The notes beneath the pieces were generated by a model that did no database searches, had not been told where the DNA came from, and was given only the letters and a program-made list of their open reading frames with translations. A DNA stretch of 59,066 nucleotides, the filler included, from Sphacelaria rigidula (Eukaryota): assembly GCA_964200075.2 (NCBI GenBank). It is 4 parts of 4 records of this genome, joined end to end, with 100 filler letters (N's around TTAATTAATTAA, not from the genome) between each part and the next. Parts side by side here need not be neighbours in the genome. Positions count along the whole stretch, not along the records: positions 44,377 to 59,066 come from CAXNAA020002095.1; 3 more parts are not named here. One strand, written 5' to 3'. Shown here in pieces: positions 49,892-59,066 of this stretch; the first letter of the stretch is position 1, and the number at the start of each line of letters is the position of its first letter. A program made the translations under genes and the position numbers.

Positions 49892-51800
49892 CACACGTGT
49901 ACATACCGGTTGTTAAAATGATCAAGCAGGATATAGATGGATGAAGGGGCTGTTCAACGCGCCGCTTCATTACAACATGTGTTCTTGGTCGCGATCACAC
50001 GGTCTGTTGCCACGAGCAAACTACCTGCTTCATGATGCCGTACTCTGCTGCCGCATCTGGGCATACCGCTGCGTTGCATTTGGAGAAAAATCTCCGGTAT
50101 ATCACTTCATGGGGATGGTTACTCTTGACGAGGGTTATGAGCGGCGAAACATCGCTGTCGAAGAAAATACTAGGCACTCGAAAGATCAGCGCAGACTTTG
50201 TGGTATGCTTGCCTTTCTGTCCGTTGTGCACTCAGATACACTCACCAAACCACGAGTTGTAGACACAAACCTACCGTACAGACGGTGCGGCGGCGTACAC
50301 ATCTGTGCAGCACAGCAAGCAAGCAGGCGGGACACTGGATTTTTCTGCTCTTTACTTCAAAAGCAAGTCAGTTTTTTCCAGTGTACATCTGCAAACGTCG
50401 ACCCGACAGTACAACCACCGGTGCCGACCTACACACCTTTCGACAAGACTGTGCCGCCGGTAATCGGGGGTCGTGAATACAGACAGTAAACTCCCTCTAT
50501 CGCTCGGTGCAGTGCCGATGTGTTGCTCGCAGTGGATGCGCTGATGACGCATCTCTCTTCACACAGACAACATAATCGCTCATCCAATCGCCCTGCGGCT
50601 CACACGGCTGCGCAATCATTTAAACTGCGCCGCGGCACCTTCGTGTCATACTTTCTCTCCTCTACGCACTCTGATTGGCTACGCATACCAATGCACTTCA
50701 ATCATTTTTTTTAATTCTGCGAGGCGTTATACAGGCCATGACACCGACGAAAATAAGGGTCCTACACTCAAATCAAGTTACGCACATCAGAGCAATCGTT
50801 CCCCTGTGGGCGCGGAGCCAGAAACCTTGTTCATCCTTCTCATTGAAACCTCTGGACTGGCAGTCGGGGATACGGTTTCGAGACGAACCTTGCGGTGAAA
50901 AACAGCATGCGATTTGGGTGCGAGATTCAGCCCGGTGTACCTCAACCCTTAGACTGCGAGGGTGGGTCATCCGGCAATGCAGTCATTCTTCGAGTGCAAT
51001 TGATGCTGCTTAAACAGATTACCTAGGATCGCCGTCAAAGGGTTAGTTACACGAGATCCCTCGTACAAAAGGAAATCGGATTACATCTGATATATATATA
51101 TATATATATATTTGCCAAAACGCCCGTTATCGGATACTTCGTACATGGGAGAAAAATATTATTCCCTCTGTTCGAAAATATAGCCTCTCTCGGAAATATC
51201 GGGAATATAAGCTCGCTTCAGGAAGTATGCGAATAACGCGGTTCTTGATCAGGCCACCACCGGTATGTGTTCCGCACATCATATGTACCATGTGCAAAAA
51301 AAGAAGCAGGGGATGACGTGGTATTGCCCCCGAAAAAAAACACCTCCACGCAAGATAACACCCCCCAGAATGAGCTGGTTGCCGGCGTTGCTCGTGTGCT
51401 GTTGTTTGGCCGAACCACAAAAAAAATGGTTATACGGGCTCCGCCGAATTGGCACGAATTCCGCGGAATAAGGCGATTGAAAAATATAGGGGGGAAGGCC
51501 TCCAACCGGTGGTTTTCCCTCTCTTCGGCCAGGGACTCTGTGGTCACCGAGGGTATGGGTGGTGTTGTACTGTGGACTGACCGAAGACCTCGGTTTGGGG
51601 GTGTTCTTCAGATTGTCACGAAAATAAACAAAAAAAAAGTACAAAAAAAATCGCATTTGAGCCAAAGTTATGCCTCTTTTTCTCTGATAGAGCCTATATT
51701 TCCGAACAGAGTAAGGAGCACCCCCCGGCGCAATCGCACTAAAAGGTCGTTGCGTTGTTTTTCACCTCTTTTTCTCATGGTTGGAGTGGTGGAAACACAC

Positions 51801-53500
51801 TGCGCCGTCCATGTGGTACCTTCGAACACCTCAACTGTCTCTACAGCCTCAATATACTCGATGGCTGCGTCTCTCTCTCTGTTGTTCTGCAGTGTCCCGA
51901 GCACTTGGCTGTTTCTTTTGTTTCATTTACTCTTGACCGCTCCCTAAGGCAGACAAATAAATAAATGAATCTGGAATCGTGTTCTTTTGGAGCTTTTACG
52001 TCGGTTTACGCCGTAAAAGAGAGCGAGGCGAAATCTGACGCCTTGGCATGTCTTGCTTCACACGTTGAGACACTTCAAGCACGGATGTGTGTGCGTTTTT
52101 AGATATGTTTGGACTTGACCGGCCTTCGACAAAAATGCGAGGTTGGGCAAGAAAAAACTGCAGCCACCGAAAAAACGAGTAGGCGTGTTTGGAACCGTCT
52201 CAACGAGTACAGCAAGACATTCCACGATGTCAAAATTCGCCCATGATGGCTCTCTTCTACGGCGTAAAATAACGTGGAATATCCAAAAAGGCACTTTTCC
52301 AGGTTTTCATTCTTGTCTGCCATAAGGAGCGAGGTCTCCGGTGGTGTTTTTGTGCACAGCAAGCCATTTGAAAGCCCCAAGCAAATCCTCCAATACAGGC
52401 AGCAGCTGCACAGCATACTGCAGAAGTCAGTCAACAAGCCTGTCCCCTAGCACCGGCATCATTCCACACCACGCCGCATCATCTGTCTCGTCCCGCCGTC
52501 TCAACGCTTGATTCCCCTCCATGTACTAAAACATGCGTGATGTCATGCCCAAGCACACAAGCCCGCGGTTGCGCCGGGACATTGAAGGAGGGTGGCTTAG
52601 GAAAATGTGATGTGGGTGTACACCGGTGGTCCTGGTATAGTGCGGTGGGTCTCCAACCCGACAAGACCCCACTATGCTGGGACCCCGCAATATGGTGTAA
52701 TTACTTGATATTAGTATAGCGGCCCGGACTCGTGACCACTGATTTTAACCGCACTGTCGTGGGACCTCCATTATACGTCAAATACCTCAGCCCATTTCAG
52801 GCCTGAGGGACGGGTCCATGTGCGACTATTCTAGCTGCAAGTAAAAGGTTTATCTGTGATTATCTGGAATATAGGGAGGTCCTACGAGTGTTATTATCCG
52901 AAGATCCCCAACAACTCCTCGCGGCAGTCTCGTCAGCGGGGTTGTCAGGGGTCGATACTGTTCCGACAGTGGGCAGGACCTCCATTATACGTCAAATACC
53001 TCAGCCCATTTCAGGCCTGAGGAACGGGTCCATGTGCGACTATTCTAGCTGCAAGTAAAAGGTCCATCCGTGATTGTCTGGAATTTAGGGAGGTCCTACG
53101 AGTATTATTATCCGAAGATCCCCAACAACTCCTCGCGGCAGTCTCGTCAGCGGGGTTGTCAGGGGTCGATACTGTTCCGACAGTGGGCACCGCCCCCGAG
53201 GAGTTAACAAGCCCTAGTGAGAATTATAGCACCAGGAGCGCCGTGAGAGTAGTAACCCTTTTTTTCGGCAGGGTGATACACATCAAAAACAGACACAGGC
53301 CCTTGAGATGTCATTGCTCTGTTCTTTGTTCGTCAAAAATAGGTGGGATTTCTCAGGATCCACAAAGGTGACATGTTCGACATGCGCCACAGAACAAAAT
53401 AGTACAACGTTCAACTTCATGTACTGCAGTTACAGACAGTACACGTGTTATCAGCTCCATAGACCATTCAGGCGTCCTACACGGATAATGCTTTTGTTCG

Positions 53501-53558
<58 letters not shown>

Positions 53559-56500
53559 ATCATCGCGAGAGCATGAGACACTCGATTGCTGCGTTCTGGA
53601 CACGTGCTTCAGCAGCCCGCTGAACGTGCTTGACACTCGTGGTACTCGAGCAAACCCTACTATTATATATTATACTGTTAATTCTTGCCTTGCAAGACGC
53701 GCCGCACATTATCGATCGTATATGCTTGCTCGTCTTGGGTTTGTATCTCTCTAGACGCTTTGGCGTTCCAGGCGATGGCGCGAGCAGGACGACAGCAGCA
53801 TACTGTACTACGGCATAGGCCTCCTGTAGTATCCCGTGGTGCTAGATAGAGCAATTACTGGCATGACGTCCACGGCACCTCACGCGTCCGGTATTGTTCT
53901 CGCTGTACGGGCTGTGCTGTAGGGTACTGGGCGGTATTTTACTGTACCATTTTGCAACAAAAAACGATATTGGGGGGTCTATCTGGATCGCGTACAGACT
54001 TCGTCCTGGGTGGCCACTGTACCACTGAACGTAAATGTTGATGCTCAAACCCTATGACCGGCGTCCTCGGTGTAGCATGCGTCCGAGACGCTCAATCTCG
54101 CACCTCTGTGTACGGTAGATGACGGGGTATAGCACCCCCAAGTGAAACTATTTTTTAATCTTGATCTCATGGCAAGAAGGGGACCCTGCCCTCACAAGTA
54201 GAGATCTCATGTAATTGAACGGTCTAGACCACATCTTTGCAATGACAATGCGGTCGGTGGCACCACCACTGAGGAAAATTCCGAAAAAAATGAGGCCACA
54301 AGCCCACCGCTTCAGTAGTGATAAACTCGGGGATTGCAGTAGAGTACAGCAACATCGTACTAACAAGGGGTACGTTGTTGTTGTTGTTGTTGTTGTTGTC
54401 TTCACATTAAAAGCCGTTCCGATATCTGCGCGGTACATTGGTACTGGGCATCTTATGCGGACGCCTTCCGTGGTCATACAGACGTGGGAAATTACAGTAA
54501 GACAACAGTGTCAAAGTGTGACAGAAGCGACAACCTCCTCTCTACCTACAACGACCTCGTTACGCACCGCGAACCGCTTTCTTCAAAGGCGATTACCTCG
54601 ACAGCAATGCAGTCAGTAATGCCGATCGAGGTACCATTCGAGAGTCGGGGCGCAGATGCGCTTCCGGGATCGCAGTTCTCGACACCCGGGTTGTGCAAAA
54701 GACGTCCAACGAGGTGTGCGCGGGGGATTAAATTTCTCGGGTTTTGGTACCGGCACGTCCCGGGCTCACCTGGTTGCCCATGGTGCCAGTGGCGGATGCC
54801 GGAAAACGCTCTGATGACGATGACAGCCACTCTGATTTTGCCGGAGGTGTTGGCTTCTCCCGCCACTATTCCTTCTTTCAGAAAGAGCGCGGTGTCCTCA
54901 AGTAGATCACAAAGACTCCCTCGATCCCCTCGTGGTGTACACCCAAAGCCTCGGTGTTTCCTGAACTAATGAAGTCTGCTGCCAGGTCCCAGTGTTCACT
55001 TGACTGTTACTGCTTGTCTCCAGATGGGACTACGGTACTATTGTTGTTGTAGGCATTTTGTCGTCACGCAAGGTAAACTATAAACACACAGCACAACACA
55101 GACAAGACAGATCACAGCGTAGCTGGAGGTTAACTACGAAACGAAAATATACTCTACTTGTCCTTGATGTAAGGTAGCGTATTCTCCTGTCCTTTGAGAT
55201 GCGTATTGAAGTCGCTTGTATCCTGCCTGTCGCAGATCGATGGTTTTTTCCTTGTTCAGAGCATGCAAGATGAGATGCACTGGGCTCTCGATTCATCTAC
55301 TAATGAACATGTATATATATATATATACAGTATGTTATTTTTTAGATTCCACTATATACGAAGCAAGTGGTAAAAAACTACGGGAATTTTGCTATGCCGG
55401 ATTCCGTGCAAACATGATGTTAAGTCTTTATCCACTTCATATGGTAAAGTTGACTGATCGAGCGCGTATCAGGAAAAATCATTTTTTTTAGATGATTAGT
55501 TTCATGCTATTCAGCACAGTCCAACACGGATACCTGTACATGTATGTACGACTTGTCTACGAGAGTGGTAGGAGGCTCGAACGCGGGTCTGAAAAATGTA
55601 TGAGTATGTCTATATGTATGCCGTTACACTCGTGGTCGTACTCCAATCTGCTTCTCTGCCCGATTTTTTAAAATCTCCCAAACACAGTGAACGAACCAAT
55701 TTTATCTTGAAAACAGTGAAGACTACACGCACAAAGGTACCAGGACCCAAGCCGTGTGCCCAACCCGAAACACCTTTCGAGAAAGGAAGCTCCGCTGGCT
55801 TCACAACAACAGAAAGAAGAACAGAGAATAACATCAAGCACGTGCTCTGGTTTCTGGGAGAAGAGCGGGAGGGGGACGCTAGTGTCAACTACCGTCTGTG
55901 CAGCAGCATCGCTGTTGCTGCCAACAACAAACACATTGCAGAACGTGCATACAGCTTCATCGTGTCGGTCTGAAAAACTGTGTGTGGGTGTTTGCCGAAA
56001 AACATACCCAAAGCCCCCACAGAGGGGGCTCGCTCAATGCTTGTTGGTCCGACTCCCGACAGGAAGAGAAGGGAGGCAGCCGAACGATCTCGTGTGGGGG
56101 AGAGGACGGGGGGAGGAGGGCGAAGGGGGCACTAGCAGAAGGAGAAATCGTTGCCAAATACAGGGGAAGAGTGAAAGAATGGCTGCACGAGATCAATCGG
56201 AGAGGGGCAAATCGGCAGCCACATCACCTCCCGTGAGATTGGGCTTGAGCCACAAGACAAGACAGGCGATATTAGTCAACACTAAGGTACTGTCTGTACC
56301 TTGTACTACAACACTGCCTGTACTCTTCTCCGGTCAAGTACACGTGTTATGGGTTATGTGCTCGTGGAAGGGGCAAGGATGAGGGACGATCACAAGGGTC
56401 ATGTCGACTGATCAGCTTGTGTCATGTCGGCCGTAGCACAAGCAGTAGCGCGCTGTTGGGAACTATTACGGCTGAGCTTTCCTCAGTGCACAAGTGAGTG

Positions 56501-58935
56501 ACAGCCCGTTCGCCGATTTTCTACCCATTCGAGCTCTGCGACGGCAGTAGGTGTGGGTGCTCTTGGTGTTGCGTCAGGTTGTACATCTGTGTCTGGACTT
56601 GAGTTGCAATGAAGAGAGATTGAACTGCTACGGTAGCCACATGCCTCGCTTGTAGTGCTTGGGGCTGTTCGTGTGATACTACCGCTGTGTGTGTCCTTGT
56701 TGACCCATTTTCATTTTTTGAGTATCTCCCCCTATCGGCTCTGTGTAGTAATAGATCTCTCCTCACAAACAGTAAGTCTAAATTTAAAAAATGGCGCAAA
56801 GAAGGGTGGCAAGCAGGCTTCTTCGGCCCTGTAAGGCGATATACTGCTGTCCTGTATCGTGATCACACCCTAAGCGCAGGTACACTGTAGCAATCGAGTG
56901 TCGGATTGCAATGGAATATCCCCGTGCTTCCTCCACCATTGAAATGAGTCGCACATCCGCCGCGCACGAGTCGGTCCTGCCATGGACGCTTTGATCGCCC
57001 CCCCGAAAACCATGCGTTGGATCCAGACAGAGAACAACACATGATGGCATGTTCTTCGGACATGTTGCTGTGCCGTCCGCTGGTGCTCCAACGGTGCACC
57101 TGATCAAGTCGCCTTGATAAGTGTAAACAGCACGAACAATGCCGGTAAACACACCTCCAGTTCTTCCGAGCAACGATGTTCTACATTGCTCACCCACGCG
57201 CGCAAAGCGCGTGCCCGTTCCCAGGCGGACATTTCCTGAGTAGGGGGGGAAGTAGAACTTGGATTTTCTCGCGAGTATTTCCCCCTGGAAACCCTCCGTA
57301 CAAAGCACACAGGTTGGGCACGGATTGCCATCGCGAGTATCTCGACAACCGCGAACACCGCTTACGATGAACGGTGTCCTTGTCGGTCGGCGTGTATCCG
57401 CAAGGCGTTCGCGTTGATGAACACTCCGTCGGAGGAGCGCCGTGTTAGTTACATGGCGGGTAGACGTGCCCGTCGTTCAATCCCGTACAATGAATGACCT
57501 CGTTTTCAGAGAGGGGTGTCGTGAAAATGATCGTGCCGTTTGTCGCCGCAAAACGCGAACCCGAGTCACAGCAAGGTTCATGATGGCCTGGCTCGCGTCG
57601 TGTTGGCGATGATGCATGTCACGAGCACCCACCACCTTCAGACGCTACACATATCGTAGGTGGTGCCCCAGGCTGCTTTGCCGTTGCGCGGAGCGCCTGT
57701 GGGTGGCGAGCACTCTCAAGTCACACAGGAAGCTCTTGCTTGACGTCCTCGCGACAGAGAGCGATGGATTTTTGTAGATCTTGCGGAAACGAGATCAATC
57801 GCGCCGCTGTTTTTAGATTTTCGAGGGGAGCGCGAGTATGTGTACTTCTTCTGTCAAATTCCGATGCAAAAATCTTCCGCCTCACTGCTTCCCCTTGCTG
57901 TCATAATAACAAGCAGCCTGAGCCGCGTGATCGTACCTTGGAACATGACGAAGGTTTAGGGGGAAACGTGAGAGGTGAATGTGGAGAACAAGCCAGACAG
58001 TACACGATGATCTATTTGTTGAAGCATCACCTCAGATCGGCCCCCCTTTTTGTGTGTCGGACAGCAACCTGGTGTGGTCACCCACCAGGTTCCCTTCTCA
58101 ACGTACTCGCACGATTTAAAACTTTTTTTTGTGTGTAAATTCTGCGTCCTTAACGCGAAAAAAATGGGGGCATATATTCCGCAACACTCCCTGTAGGTTA
58201 AACTTCGTTTACTCGAAGTATCAATCGTTTTCCGAGCGCAATTTTTCTCGAGGCCTGAGAGAGCCCGTGCTCTGTCAAACGAACAAGCAGGGCGTGTCGT
58301 GTGGCAAATATATTTGGATTTTTTCAGTTGACAGGGAAAGGTTCGAGCAGGAGAGTAATGGAACGATCCAGGGTCCTAATTATTCCGATGAGGGAGGCGT
58401 CGGCGAAGTCACAGTCAGTACTACTGTTGTAGTAGTGTTTGTGTTTGTGGGGGAGAAATGAAAAAATAACGCATGTGTTTAAAAATGCCGATTATTTGTG
58501 TACCGTGAGGATTGTAGTAATATCTAATATCTATGTTTCTTGTGCGGAACATATCAGGGGTGGCAGATTCCGTTTTTGAATCTACGATTAGTTTTGTAAT
58601 AAGTCACACGGTTGGTGCTTGCACCGGAGAACAAGAACGAGTGCCGTTCAACCATGCATGTATTAAGCTGTGGTTGTCATGAGCACCCGATCACCATCTC
58701 TGTCAAGGAAGTCGACCTTTAGAATGACGTCGTGCGACCTAACGTGATGAAGGGCGTGGCGGGAGGCACGAGAGTATTAAAGCAAGACAGGGTTGACACG
58801 AATCATTTTTCATCGGGGGAGTGGTGAATAAATCACCGTATCTCGCTTGTGCAATGAAGCCAATTCCGCGATGAACCACGTACATCGCGCCTTCCCCTTC
58901 TCCTAACGCCCTCTGCAGTCGATCGCGTCGTTGAG
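51801..58935 (-). CDS. Tentative upstream exons of the same minus-strand gene
   Basis: Candidate exons: 58935-58884 (QRRDRLQRALGEGEGA), 57180-57100 (TSLLGRTGGVFTGIVRAVYTYQGDLIR), 55853-55774 (NQSTCLMLFSVLLSVVVK), 51878-51801 (ERDAAIEYIEAVETVEVFEGTTWTA). The last ends in phase 2, matching the 37759 exon. At least one linking exon was not found and an assembly gap intervenes. Confidence 0.35.
52762..53189. repeat. 214-bp head-to-tail tandem duplication, highly identical and rich in stem-loops
   Basis: GGACCTCCATTATACG at 52762 and 52976; both units end CCGACAGTGGGCA. Confidence 0.95.
53506..53556. repeat. (CT)n microsatellite
   Basis: Directly visible. Confidence 0.95.
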
Positions 58936-59066
58936 CTTCCCAGAATATATATATATATAATATATCGTGATTTCTAAGCACGCATGCCGCAGCAGCCTGA
59001 ACTTATACAAGAGAAAATAATTATATCAAACTATCGCGTTTGGGGTGGCGAGGGGGAGGGTGGGGG

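Noticed and set aside
52900..52960. Hammerhead (CUGACGA on - strand) or HDV-like (UCCUCGC on + strand) ribozyme
   Set aside because: No GAAA after a stem II, and HDV P3/P1.1 pairings cannot be formed.
54484..54969. ORFs of 106-161 aa on both strands
   Set aside because: No recognisable motif and no phase-compatible placement in the gene model.

Overview
Eukaryotic genomic DNA rich in introns and transposons. Short GT-AG exons, long introns and the repeat content suggest a brown alga (Phaeophyceae); this is an inference. It is not a prokaryotic locus, and most entries in the ORF track are spurious. Two spliced genes can be rebuilt by eye. (1) A + strand gene with 18 exons at 592-14598 (about 960 aa visible, both ends missing) encodes tandem ~125-aa beta-rich repeats of the 'YG.G..I.V.F...V.G.P.L.L.TG...GSGT..L.F.Y.VQ.GD...DLDY...LP.PG..SL..N..I.IDT' type. 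These resemble repeats in giant prokaryotic surface proteins, and extra domains are inserted into the same loop of two repeats. (2) A - strand gene has five phase-consistent 3' exons at 37759-31036 and tentative upstream exons up to about 58935. The rest is nested mobile DNA: two tRNA-derived SINE families, hAT-, pogo-, mariner- and piggyBac-like MITEs, foldback elements, a solo LTR, and a truncated LTR-gag element ending in a near-perfect 489-bp hairpin. Three 100-bp gaps carry an artificial TTAATTAATTAA linker, so contiguity across them is not guaranteed.
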